The notes under the pieces were generated by a model. The model saw only the letters and a program-made list of their open reading frames with translations, made no database searches and was not told the origin of the DNA. From assembly GCA_918797485.1 (NCBI GenBank), contig CAKKNE010000002.1, forward strand, positions 5,766,001 through 5,830,000: DNA of 64,000 nt, given 5' to 3'. Positions within the stretch are counted from its first letter, which is position 1. Each line of letters starts with the position of its first letter. The translations under genes and the position numbers were made by a program. This DNA is from Pelagomonas calceolata (taxonomy: Eukaryota). Positions 52,545 through 62,772 of this stretch are shown piece by piece.

Positions 52545-54935
52545 ATGGTGCTCTTCACGGCAGAGGGCCGCCAGTCCACGAAAGCTAGGAGAGTCGCCGA
52601 CCTCACGGACCCTCCTTCTGAGTCCTACGCCTCGGACTCGAAGAAGGAGGCTTTATGCCTAGAATACGTGCGCCAGTTCCGGCAGAAATTCGTCGCGCTC
52701 TTCCCGAAGCGCCGGGAGCTATTCCTCGCCCCGCAGAACGAATTTGGAGTAGCAAAGTTCGTCTGTACGACCGTAAGACCCACGTTACTCCCGTTCGACC
52801 AGTTGTACGAGGCCAGACCTTTGGCGACGTTCGTAGCAAACTTCTTACAATATGAACCGTTGGAGGCGCCGGACGCCTTCCCCAGCGTACTCCCGTCGCC
52901 GACGCAAGTTGTTCAGTGGAAGTGCGGCGACTGCTTCGACTTCGCGGTACTCCTATGTAGTTGGCTCCAGGGGAACGGCTACGACGCGTACGTGGTCTGT
53001 GGCTACGCGCCCTCCTACATCACGCTGAAGGACCAGTCGAAGCTACCCCCACCGGTCTTGGAGGACGAGCCGCTGCCCCCCGACGACGAGTCGGACGAAG
53101 AACGGGAAGACCCGGTCGCGCAGCAGCTCCGAGATGCTAGAGCAGAGGGGAGGTACCTCTACAAGGAGCGCGGCGTCCCGGAATCGAAGTACGAAGTCAT
53201 GATGGCCCAGCGGGAAGCTGAAGCGAAACTAGCCGCTCAAAAGACGTCTGACGACGAGTTATCTGAAGAAGAAGACGACGCCGAGACCGCCGAAGTACCT
53301 GATGATAGTTCTTCACTCCATGCCTGGGTCATGCTGCGGCCCTTCAAGCGCGGTGTTACGGAAGTCACATACATCGAACCGACGACGGGCAACTTTTATT
53401 CATGTGACGAGGCCCCGTACCACGGTGTAGAATCGGTCTTCAACGCCAACAACTACTGGGTGAACATGCAGGAACAATCGAAAAGATGCGGAAGTCTCGA
53501 AACGGACCTGGACAACACGGACAACTGGGAGTACGTGTTTATGGACCCGATGCCACCGAAGAAAGAACCTAAGGTTGTGGACGGTCCTCCACCCTTGCCT
53601 GGGGACGTTGTCGAAGAAAGTGAAGAGGAGGAGGACAACATCCTGGACCTGCCGCCCTCGTGGGTTACGAGCGTCAAGCTGTCGATGGACGACTTCGTGA
53701 AGTGCTATCCCCCTGATGGTACTAGAACTACTTTGTACAAGAAGGCCAAGTTGGAGTTATTTGCTGCTGGTACGAACGACCAAGGGTTGATTTCTCGATT
53801 AGTCTTGTATGATGATAGTAGTAGGACGTCGGTGAAAGAATGCGTGGAAAGATTTAAATATCGGCGGGATTTGTTGAGGAAACGACGTAGGGTGCCATCA
53901 GAAGCGCGGCTGGAGGAGGACTTTCTACCGGGGCGACTTGGGGGACTCAAGACGCTCGTCGAGATAGCTGGAAGGAGGCGAGAATACGCCTTCCACGCGA
54001 AAGGTCGCACAGATGGTTTACTAACACGTGTCGAAGACGTGGGGGAGAAAGTAGTAGAAACCTTCGCGAAACGACCGGACCGACTCATATATAGAGCATT
54101 GCGAACCCAGAGGGTGGCCCTCGGCGCTGCGTCGAAATTGCAATATACGTTACCCGCGGCGGAGGGTTCTGGCGAGCTCATCGTGGAAAAGATGACCCAG
54201 AAGTTCGCGCCGGACGGCGAAGAAACGGGTGAGGACGTCGACGTGAGGCGCTTCCGCGTGAAAGAAGGCCGCATCGAAACCAAGTGCCACTACAAGAAGC
54301 ACGCCGTGACGCGACCGACTATTCTCCACGAGAAGGGCGGTGCGGATGCTGCCGAAGACGAGGATTTGCAAAGAATCCTGAAGGCCGAGAGGGACTGTTT
54401 GGCCGGGATGCGCAAAGCACAAATAGAGGTGTTGGAGTTGCTCAAGACGAGAAGGCGAGAAGAAGCCACGGTAGTCGTAGACAGGCCCGTCTTCGAGACG
54501 GCCCGAGAGAAGAAGGCTTCTGAGGGTACGACCATCGACTCGGCTGGTGACCCACGAGCTGTTGATTACCTGACACCTTTCTTAGCTCATGTTGTGGACC
54601 CGGCTTCTATTACCCATGACGAAGCTCAAAGGGCCAGAGATGCCTGCCTCAAGTCGCTGAAGGAGCGCTTGGTGGAACGTGCCAACATCATGATGGCGCG
54701 CCTCACGGAGGAGAACTCCAAGTTAAGCAAAAAACAAGCAGCTTATCAGAGGAACGCGCGGGACCGCGACGCGGTCGCCGAGGAAGAATTCGAGCGGTTC
54801 TGCGCCGAGGCCATGTTCCGCATCCAGATCCTCGAGCAGCGCCTGGCCAGTCATGAGGAGACGGCGCTCAAGAAGTTCCAGGACCTCGACGCGAAGCTCG
54901 CCGCCGACCCTAGGATGCGGGCGCTCCAGGAGTAA
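52545..54935 (+). CDS. DRC7: Dynein regulatory complex subunit 7 (CCDC135)
   Basis: NEFGVAKFVCTTVRPT, GDCFDFAVLLCSWLQGNGYDAYVVCGYA, HAWV, ESVFNANNYWVNMQ, DYLTPFL, FRIQILEQRL. Confidence 0.9.
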   Translation: MVLFTAEGRQSTKARRVADLTDPPSESYASDSKKEALCLEYVRQFRQKFVALFPKRRELFLAPQNEFGVAKFVCTTVRPTLLPFDQLYEARPLATFVANFLQYEPLEAPDAFPSVLPSPTQVVQWKCGDCFDFAVLLCSWLQGNGYDAYVVCGYAPSYITLKDQSKLPPPVLEDEPLPPDDESDEEREDPVAQQLRDARAEGRYLYKERGVPESKYEVMMAQREAEAKLAAQKTSDDELSEEEDDAETAEVPDDSSSLHAWVMLRPFKRGVTEVTYIEPTTGNFYSCDEAPYHGVESVFNANNYWVNMQEQSKRCGSLETDLDNTDNWEYVFMDPMPPKKEPKVVDGPPPLPGDVVEESEEEEDNILDLPPSWVTSVKLSMDDFVKCYPPDGTRTTLYKKAKLELFAAGTNDQGLISRLVLYDDSSRTSVKECVERFKYRRDLLRKRRRVPSEARLEEDFLPGRLGGLKTLVEIAGRRREYAFHAKGRTDGLLTRVEDVGEKVVETFAKRPDRLIYRALRTQRVALGAASKLQYTLPAAEGSGELIVEKMTQKFAPDGEETGEDVDVRRFRVKEGRIETKCHYKKHAVTRPTILHEKGGADAAEDEDLQRILKAERDCLAGMRKAQIEVLELLKTRRREEATVVVDRPVFETAREKKASEGTTIDSAGDPRAVDYLTPFLAHVVDPASITHDEAQRARDACLKSLKERLVERANIMMARLTEENSKLSKKQAAYQRNARDRDAVAEEEFERFCAEAMFRIQILEQRLASHEETALKKFQDLDAKLAADPRMRALQE

Positions 54936-55169
54936 GTTCTTTGCTTAGAGCTAGGCCGCCTAGCCGCGGCTCCAGCCCCGCCCAGCCCTCATACGTCGGG
55001 ACCTTCCTGTCGTAACGTCGATATCTTGTGTGACTTTTGGTTCGTGCCCCCGGGACCCGGGGAGACTGAAAAAAAAAACAACTTGCAAGTTAGGCATCTA
55101 GCGGTGCGTCGGATGATGGCGAGGGGTGGCTATATCTAAGTTGAACACAAGTTATACCACGACAGGCGA

Positions 55170-55970
55170 CTAATCCCCAGCGCTGTCCAACTCTCGGAGC
55201 ATTCTCGCGGCATCGCCGGGCCCCCGGCCCAGGCTAAAAGGCCCATCGACAACCTTCTTCAGCCAGAACCGCGCCCGGGCAGGGTCCTTCGGCAGGCCAT
55301 GACGACCATAGAACATCCATTTGCCAAGTAAAAACGCGCCATAGTCTGAGCCGAGATGAGCCGCGTCGGTTACATTCATGATCCCGAGTGCTATATTCTT
55401 GGGGCCATCGACGCCAAGCACTTGACGTTCACCCATCCTTGCCATCGACCTTGCGTTGCGGGCCGCCGTGCCGCGCTCGTACCAAGCACGGGCTTGTGCG
55501 CCGTCTTTCGCGAGGCCGTTCCTGCCGAATTCGTACCCCACGCCGAGCCGATACATAGCGTCACCGTCACCGCCGTCCGCCTTCGCGCGCAATTCCTTCA
55601 CGCGCGTCTCCTGCTTGAGCTTCTTCTGCCAGGCCTCGGCGACCTCGCCCTCAATGGCACCGCTCTTGATAAGGGACTCTATGGTGTTGCGGACCTGGAC
55701 GGCAGGCAGTAATTCCGTGCCGATCACCTTACCCGTGCTCGGGCTGGTCGCCTCGCCATCTTTATTTCTAAACCACTCCAGGATGGCCCCCCGCTCGTAA
55801 ATCTTGCCATCTTGGGCCGTGACGGGGTCGAAGGGCAATTGCAGAGTGATGGGACAGCGAAGGTCGGCCACGACGTCGTTGATTGATGCGCGCATCTTCT
55901 TCTCCCGGGGGCTCGCCTCCTCGTTGAGGTCGACGGCGTCGCCGGGGCGCTTTGGGGCATTATCGGCCAT
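55170..55970 (-). CDS. U-box plus Sel1-repeat protein
   Basis: LRCPITLQLPFDPVTAQDGKIYERGAI (U-box); GDGDAMYRLG..Y..G..G (Sel1). Confidence 0.85.
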   Translation of the reverse strand: MADNAPKRPGDAVDLNEEASPREKKMRASINDVVADLRCPITLQLPFDPVTAQDGKIYERGAILEWFRNKDGEATSPSTGKVIGTELLPAVQVRNTIESLIKSGAIEGEVAEAWQKKLKQETRVKELRAKADGGDGDAMYRLGVGYEFGRNGLAKDGAQARAWYERGTAARNARSMARMGERQVLGVDGPKNIALGIMNVTDAAHLGSDYGAFLLGKWMFYGRHGLPKDPARARFWLKKVVDGPFSLGRGPGDAARMLRELDSAGD

Positions 55971-56186
55971 CGTGCGTCGGTTTTTCGTGAGACCGACGGA
56001 GCGGCAAAGCAAGGTCAATCCGGTGACAATCCCTGAGTCCTGACTCCTGAGTCCCTCAGTCTGACAATTAAATTTGTGAGTCTCCTCCTTGCGGTTATGC
56101 GATATATATAGCCGCCGGCCACGGCCTGCACCACGAGGACACGCACCAAGCCAGCGGTCAACATTGCGTGCGTGTGTGGCTTGCTT

Positions 56187-56210
56187 GCTAGTGTCTTACT
56201 GACCGCTAGC
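56187..56210 (+). promoter_or_regulatory. GCTAG-TGTCTTAC-N5-GCTAGC upstream motif copy
   Basis: About 220 bp upstream of the U-box gene ATG. Confidence 0.55.
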
Positions 56211-56265
56211 TTTTCACTACCTGCGGTGGGCACATAAGTGACTCTCTCTCTCTCTCTCTGTTACA

Positions 56266-57153
56266 TTAGTTAGTTACGCTCGCCACCGCTCTAGCCAGAG
56301 TCGGCAGCAGCACCCGCGCGTTCCGCGCCGCCGCCGCGGGCCGGCCCGGCAGGTTCACGACGACACATCCCCCGACGACGCCCGCACAAGCGCGAGACAG
56401 GAGCGAGTCGAGGTCCTCGCCGGTCTTCAGCGCGTCGGCGTGGACGACGTCGATCAAACCCGGCGCCTCCCTCTCCAACACGGCGCGCGTCGCCTCGGGC
56501 GTCACGTCCCTTTGTGAGAAGCCCGTGCCTCCGCACGTGAGTACCAACGAGCATTTTGATGCGAGGTCCGCGATGGCATCCTGGATTTGCGCTTGCTCGT
56601 CGGGGACTAAGAGGCGCTTTACCGTAGCGCAGTGGCCCCTCATGACACCCTCGACGGCCGGGCCCGTCGCATCTTCGTAAATGCCTTGCGACGCTCGGTC
56701 AGACACTGTTATCAAGCCGAGGCGGAAATTTGATGGTGGTGGTGGGGGTTTTGTGTCGTCGTCTTCATCATAACAGCACGGCTCGGCGCCCGCGGCCGGC
56801 AGCGCGCACACTCGCGGTTTCACGCTCTCGACGGGCGGGTGCCTGGCGTGGAAGTGTTTAGAAGCTTCAAAAGCCGCCAGCTGTTCGGGCGACGCCTTCT
56901 TCTGGTGTTTTTTCTTCCAGTCTGGATAAGGCTCCCCATAAACCACCTCGAGCGCCCTGTCATACGACGCGTCGCGGTCGCCCGCGTAGGCCAATCCTCG
57001 ATGGAGCCACTTCGCCACACAATTACGGCACATGCCCGCCACGCTCATGACATCAATATTCTGGGCGTCGTCCGCCGTGTTCTGCAGGTGTTGCACGAGC
57101 TGCCGGAAGGCGTAGGCTTGGGCCTCGACCTCTTGCGGCGTCGGTTGGGCCAT
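56266..57153 (-). CDS. Fusion of DUF1244 and a MogA/Cnx1G-like molybdopterin adenylyltransferase domain
   Basis: N-half AFRQLVQHLQ...QNIDVMSVAGMCRNC...VYGEPYPDWKKKHQ; C-half LITVSDRAS.G..ED..G, VPDE, TCGGTGFSQRDVTPEAT, LSRA, NLPG. Confidence 0.8.
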   Translation of the reverse strand: MAQPTPQEVEAQAYAFRQLVQHLQNTADDAQNIDVMSVAGMCRNCVAKWLHRGLAYAGDRDASYDRALEVVYGEPYPDWKKKHQKKASPEQLAAFEASKHFHARHPPVESVKPRVCALPAAGAEPCCYDEDDDTKPPPPPSNFRLGLITVSDRASQGIYEDATGPAVEGVMRGHCATVKRLLVPDEQAQIQDAIADLASKCSLVLTCGGTGFSQRDVTPEATRAVLEREAPGLIDVVHADALKTGEDLDSLLSRACAGVVGGCVVVNLPGRPAAAARNARVLLPTLARAVASVTN

Positions 57154-57353
57154 AGTCTCGTTCCCAAGCGTGCGCCGGTGTCGTGCTGCACCGCTTCACA
57201 GGTGGCAGCGTGCTGATAGATGCGCTTGTGGCACCCAAATCGATGGCGGCAGCGTCGCAGGCGTGCACAGCAGTGCTGCAACGTGCTGTTGCTTTCGATA
57301 ACTCCCTCCACTGTGCAAAAAGAGAGGTGCAAAAAGAGAGGGCCGAGCATGAA

Positions 57354-57376
57354 GCTAGCGGCGTAAAGACACTAGC
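57354..57376 (-). promoter_or_regulatory. GCTAG-TGTCTTTA-N4-GCTAGC motif in a divergent promoter
   Basis: Between ATG 57153(-) and ATG 57506(+). Confidence 0.55.
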
Positions 57377-57505
57377 AAGCAGCCGGCTCGAGCTCGCGGC
57401 ACGCCGCGACGCCGTCTCTGTGACAGCGCTGCTCATCAGAGCTCACCGGAAGGCTCTCAGCCACCAATCGCTGCTAGCTGTCACCGCGACGCGCGCCACA
57501 AGACC

Positions 57506-59050
57506 ATGAGCGAGCAAGCAGCCATGGACACGAGCGACGCCGCCGCGCCCGAAGAAGACAACGCACGCGCCCAGGTCGACGGCACGCCCGCCTTTAGAAG
57601 ATGCCTCGAGGCCGTCCGACTTAATGATACGTGCTTCGCGAGCTGGAGTTTGTTGGTCGCCGAGGCCGAGCGGTCCCAAAACCCCTTGCTGGGCGACGTC
57701 TACGAACGCTTATTAGCAGCTTTCCCGCCCCTGTACGGCTACTGGGCCAAGGCCGCGCGGCACGCGGAAAAAGTGGAAGACTCGCTAGCTATTTTCGAGA
57801 GAGGAATAGAAGCGACGAAATCGGCGAGTGTGGACCTCTGGGCCAAGTACGCCCAATACGTCGTCGAGCAAGCGAAAGAAGGCGCCATCTCCCCCCAAGC
57901 GTGCCGCTCTATCCTAGATCGCGCCCAGGAAGCTTGTAAATTTGACCCGCGGTCGCCGCTAGTAGCAGACATCGTCGCGAGTTACGAGACGGACCCCGCG
58001 CGGCAACTTTCGACCGCCCGCACTGCCTTAAAGTCCGCGAGAGCTACTGATGCCGCGGAATGTGGCTTCGCGTCCCGAGACGAAGCCTTGGAAAAGCTCA
58101 CAGCAATAGCGGAAGGCGCCCCGAAAACATCGTTCCAGGAGGCCGACGCCGATGAATTCCTGTGCGCCGTCGCCGAGGAGTCGAATGATGCCGCAAAAGC
58201 TGACAGGATGCGGTCTCCATATGAGAGAAGAATAAGGCGACCTTACTTTCATGCGAAGCCGTTGGACGAGGATCAATTAAGGGCGTGGCGGGCGTACTTG
58301 GACTGGGAGGAGGATAACGGCGATGGCGAGCGGGTGAGGCACTTGTACGAGCGGTGTCTGGTAGCTTGTTGTGCTTACCCCGAGTTCTGGTGCCGCTACG
58401 CTTCTTATTTATCTCCGTCGTCTTCCGACGAGGCCGTGGCTGTTTTAGATCGCGGGTTATCCTTCCTGAAACACGCGCCGGATTTACTACTGCTGAAGGC
58501 CGCTCTACTGGAGGCTACTGGCGACGTCGATGGTGCCAGGTTAGTACACGAATCACTGACGGAACATTCGGCACCTGGATTATTGGAAGCGGTGCTGGCG
58601 CACGCGCGGTTTGAAAGGAGATGCGGTTCTCGGGAAGATGTGTTGGCCATCTACAACGGGGCGCTCCCTAGACTCGACGCGGGCTCGGACGCGCGCGGGC
58701 TGGTGCAGGCCGCTCTAGCTAGGTTCCAGTTGACGGTGCTAAGGGACGCGAACGCCGCGCGCGTCACACTGGAAAATGCCATCCGCGAGGCGCCCCAGTG
58801 CCGGGATTTGTGGGTGGCCTACTACGCTCTAGAAGCGGCCGCGGACGACGCGGCGGCGCCGAAGCGCGTCTCTGCTTTATTTGCCGCGGCGCTGGACGAT
58901 TCCACCGTGAATTTGCCGATGGTGGACCAGAAGGCGTTGTGGGCCTTGTATCTGCAGCACGTCGAGGACATGGGCCCGGAGATCGGGCACCTGCTGGAGG
59001 TGCGCGAGGCCTACGCGGCGTGGCTCCGGAAGACGCGGCAGCTGGCCTAG
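57506..59050 (+). CDS. PRP39: Pre-mRNA processing factor 39 (HAT repeats)
   Basis: FPPLYGYW, FERGI, SVDLW, YERRIRRPYFHAKPL...W..YLDWE, LYERCLVAC..YPEFW. Confidence 0.88.
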   Translation: MSEQAAMDTSDAAAPEEDNARAQVDGTPAFRRCLEAVRLNDTCFASWSLLVAEAERSQNPLLGDVYERLLAAFPPLYGYWAKAARHAEKVEDSLAIFERGIEATKSASVDLWAKYAQYVVEQAKEGAISPQACRSILDRAQEACKFDPRSPLVADIVASYETDPARQLSTARTALKSARATDAAECGFASRDEALEKLTAIAEGAPKTSFQEADADEFLCAVAEESNDAAKADRMRSPYERRIRRPYFHAKPLDEDQLRAWRAYLDWEEDNGDGERVRHLYERCLVACCAYPEFWCRYASYLSPSSSDEAVAVLDRGLSFLKHAPDLLLLKAALLEATGDVDGARLVHESLTEHSAPGLLEAVLAHARFERRCGSREDVLAIYNGALPRLDAGSDARGLVQAALARFQLTVLRDANAARVTLENAIREAPQCRDLWVAYYALEAAADDAAAPKRVSALFAAALDDSTVNLPMVDQKALWALYLQHVEDMGPEIGHLLEVREAYAAWLRKTRQLA

Positions 59051-59335
59051 TAGGCGTCTTTTTTATCCCCTTGCTAAGTTCTTCGCGAGTGGTGTTTTTT
59101 AGTCGGTGGGCGCTCTGGGGTCTCGCCTCGCGTACGCGTTTTGCGAAAAACCCGTTTTTCCTCGTGCGCGGCGCGCGCGGCGCGCGAGTCGGCCAGTCAA
59201 GACAGCGCCCACAAGAACGTATCTCAGCGTACAGGTACTTCTTACACTGCTTATAGCTTGAGGAGCATCAATCGAGCATTTCTACGGACGTTCGTCGTGA
59301 TTTCTAGCAGCCGAGTCAAATCACTGCTGTGCACA

Positions 59336-60445
59336 ATGGATGAGCCGCCGGCGCAAGTTCCTCGCCACACCACGAGCTTAACGCGCCTCTGGCGCCGCCA
59401 TGATCTGGCGGACTCGGTGACTAAGTTTCTGCCGACGCAAGCGCTCGCGATGCTGCCGAACCTGTCGCGCTCGTTCGAGCAGGACAAGTTCCGCATGCTG
59501 CTCGTGGCCATGCGCGGTTCGGGAGCAGCGGCCGCGTGCACGGGCGCGCTGCTGTCGACGCTGCAGACCAGTGGGCGCGACGCGGGACACCACCGCACAG
59601 TTTGGAGGGGGAGCCGAGGTGCTCCCGGGTGGTTCTTGGGGCACAAAGACCATGCGGACAAGGTGAATATGCAGCACATATCCATTGTGTGTGATGACAC
59701 TGAAAATGAACATTATCTAAGAATGGAGAGAACGGGGCAATACGACAGGACTAAGGGAATCGACTTTCACAACAAGCGTATGGGTCGCTCCTGCCCCAGC
59801 GGACAGCGCCGGTGCGTTCGTCGAATCCGCTTTGTGTTTGCGTACGAAGGGGCTACCGACACCTGGGACGACGGCCTGGGTATGTCATTCGGCCTGCGAG
59901 GACCTCCGTCCGACGTGGGGCGCCGCACTATATTCAAATTTTATAGTCGCTTCTCTACGAATGGTCTCCGCATCATGTGCGCTGGCGGCGGCGAGGCCGC
60001 CACTCTCCTGACCGTGCCCAAACATCATTGTGAACCCGGTCGGGAGACAGATGGTCTGAAGACGGTCACAGTAGAAGCGACGTTCGACTGGAACGAGCAG
60101 AGAGCCCATGTGCGTGCGGCGACGTGGGACGACCCCAAAAACATGGGCGCGTGGAAGATTCTTCCGTTCCAGCGGCTTCCGCTCTATAGCTTGAAAGTGC
60201 TGTTTCTCGGGCCGGGCACGCACTTCGTCGGGGACGTTGACGTGTGGTACTACGACATGCCCGCGCCGCCAGCGCGGTGTCGCCTGCCGTTCGCGCCCTG
60301 CCGCGACGATGAGCTTCGTTTCGGAGTCGGTGCTTGCCTGGACGGCGAGGGACTGCCGGCATGCCCGTACGGCGCCGGTCCGTTCCTCCTGGGCGGCGCG
60401 CCGCTGGGTGTGCCCCCGCCGGATGAATCGGACGCCGACTACTAG
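59336..60445 (+). CDS. Hypothetical protein
   Basis: About 370-aa ORF from the first ATG (MDEPPAQ); no family recognised. Confidence 0.55.
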   Translation: MDEPPAQVPRHTTSLTRLWRRHDLADSVTKFLPTQALAMLPNLSRSFEQDKFRMLLVAMRGSGAAAACTGALLSTLQTSGRDAGHHRTVWRGSRGAPGWFLGHKDHADKVNMQHISIVCDDTENEHYLRMERTGQYDRTKGIDFHNKRMGRSCPSGQRRCVRRIRFVFAYEGATDTWDDGLGMSFGLRGPPSDVGRRTIFKFYSRFSTNGLRIMCAGGGEAATLLTVPKHHCEPGRETDGLKTVTVEATFDWNEQRAHVRAATWDDPKNMGAWKILPFQRLPLYSLKVLFLGPGTHFVGDVDVWYYDMPAPPARCRLPFAPCRDDELRFGVGACLDGEGLPACPYGAGPFLLGGAPLGVPPPDESDADY

Positions 60446-60510
60446 CAGTGTTAAAACATGAAACTCTTAGTAAGGGGCTTCGTCGACAACAAGCGAGGCA
60501 TGGGTCCATC

Positions 60511-62772
60511 TCACTCGACGACCTCGGCCTCGACCGGCTCAGCCTCCTTCTTGGGCGGGATCTCGGTCTGACCCATCAGCTTCGTCACCTTGGTCGCAAA
60601 AGCGGTAGCATCAGACAGTTCATACCCGCCCGTCAACGCCGCGACATCAAACAATAACTCGGCCGCGTCCTCGGCCTCGTCCGAGGTCAAGTCCCCGTTG
60701 TTCAACGCCACCACGATCGAACTTTTAGCGTTCAACTCCAGCGTCGGCTTCCCCGCCCCGCCGAAGCCCGCGAACTCGTCTTCTTGCGCCACCGCCTGCG
60801 CCGCCATGTACTTGCGCATCGTCGGGCTCATGCCAAACGCTCCTTCGGTTAAGGCTGCTGGTGCATCGACCAGTCGCTTCGAGAGCTTCACGGAAGAAAC
60901 GCGATCCTCGAGCTGCAGCTTGAGCCACGAACACAGTTCCTCGAAGTCGCCGTTGTCCTCGTCCTCGTCATCGTCATCAAACACATCTTTGAGGTCGTCC
61001 TTCGACGCGTCCACTAGTTTCTTGCCGTCGACCTCGCCTATCGCTTGGCAGACGATCTCATCGAGCGCCTCCGGTAGTAACAGTACTTCGTAGTCCGTTT
61101 TTATGAGTCTTTGAATTACTGGACTGTTGAGAGCTTGTTCCCTCGAATCACCGGACAGATACAGGATCTTCGTGGCGTTCTGGGGCATCCTTTCTATGTA
61201 CTCTGAAAAGGTGGTCTGGTCATCACCCGACTTCGTCGAGTAGAACCGGCATAACTTCGCCAGATCTTTCTGCACGTCGCCCTGCTCCTCGACCGCTCCC
61301 ACTTTAATGTATTTCCCGAAGTTCTTCCAGAACTCATCGTATTCGGTAGCGTTCTTCTGTAAGTCTGAAAAAGCATCTAACGATTTCCGCACGAGTCGCC
61401 TTTGAATCACCCCGAGCATCTTCGACTTCTGGAGGATCTCGCGGCCGACATTCAACGGGAGATCTTCGCTATCAACAATGCCGCGCATGAACACGAGCCA
61501 TCTAGGTAACAGATCAAATTTGTCATTAATAAATACCCGCTTAACATATAACTTCATGCTATTCGCATTTTCGTCGAACATGTTCTGATTTAACTCGAAA
61601 GGTAACGACTTGGGCACGTACATCAACGCCTTGAACTGTACTTGACCTTCTAAGGCAAAATGTATAGTACGCAGCGGGTCGTCAAAGGCCCTAAATGCCG
61701 ATTTATAAAACTCGGAGTGTTCGGAAGCGTTCACCTCCTTCGGCGGCCGCAGCCAGAGCGGCTTCATGGAATTCACGACCTCGTAGTCGAATTTCACATT
61801 GGTCACACTTTTCGTCACCTCCTTCGCGTCGGGGTCGCTCTCTCGGGCCTTCTTCGTCGCCTCCTCGTCGACCTCGTCGTCGTACGTCGTCTTCGAGGCG
61901 TACAACTCGATGGGGAATTGCAGGAACTCCGAGTACCGCTTGAGTAGCCTTCGTAAGGTCGCCTCTTCGAGGTATTCCGAGCAGTCCTCCTTCACATCTA
62001 ACACAATGCGCGTGCCCGACGACCCCTCAATCTCACCTTCTTCTCTGACAGTGAATCCTGATTTGGCATCCGACGACCAGGTATGTGTTTTGTCGGAGTT
62101 CATGCTTTTTGTCGTTACTGTCATTTTGTCCGCAACCAAATAACCGGAGTAGAAGCCGACGCCGAACTGCCCTATGAGATTGACGTCGTCCGGAGCGTCA
62201 CCAAGAGCTTCGGCGAAGGCCTTCGTGCCGGACTTGGCTATTTTACCGAGATTGGCCACGAGCTCGTCGCGGCTCATGCCGACACCGCTGTCCTCGATCG
62301 TCAACGTCTTCTTGTCCGGGTCCGCCGTGATCCGCACCCGCAGCGCGTCGGCGGCGTTGCCCGCTTCGATGGACAGAAAGCGCTTCTTGTCGCAGGCGTC
62401 GGCCGCGTTGCTCACGAGCTCTCGGAGGAAGACGTCCTTGTCGCTGTACAGGGAATTGATGATGATCTCCATCACTCTATCCGTCTCCGCCGTGAACCTG
62501 CGTGTGGCACCGTCGCGAAACTGCTCTCTCGCGAGACGCGTGGACTCTCATGCGGCCGCGTCGCGACGCGAGGCGCCCGCGTCAACGCGAAGTGTCGGTA
62601 CCACGCTGGATCGTTGCTCGAAGGTCTCCTCGGCGACAGCCGAGCGGAGCGCCGACTCGGAGCGGAGTGGCAGCACTGATGACTTAGCAGCCGGCGTTGT
62701 TGCCACGATTCGCGGCGGCGCGAAGGCCTGCACGCAAGCGGCCAGCGCGAGGGCCACAACGGTGCGCTGCAT
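60511..62772 (-). CDS. HSP90: Plastid-targeted Hsp90; two exons (62772-62618, 62497-60511)
   Basis: IINSLYSDKDVFLRELVSNAADA, IGQFGVGFYS, KLYVKRVFI, GIVDSEDLPLNVGRE; bipartite presequence VQA-FAP; splicing restores EETFE-FTAETDRVMEII. Confidence 0.92.
62498..62617 (-). other. GC-AG intron (120 bp) with decayed introner-like ends
   Basis: Of the nearby candidate donors, the phase-2 GA|GC one restores the conserved Hsp90 N-terminus; an in-frame TGA inside makes splicing necessary. Confidence 0.7.

Noticed and set aside
56020..56260. Short CCTGAGTC repeats and a (CT)n microsatellite
   Set aside because: Short low-complexity tracts with no further structure.
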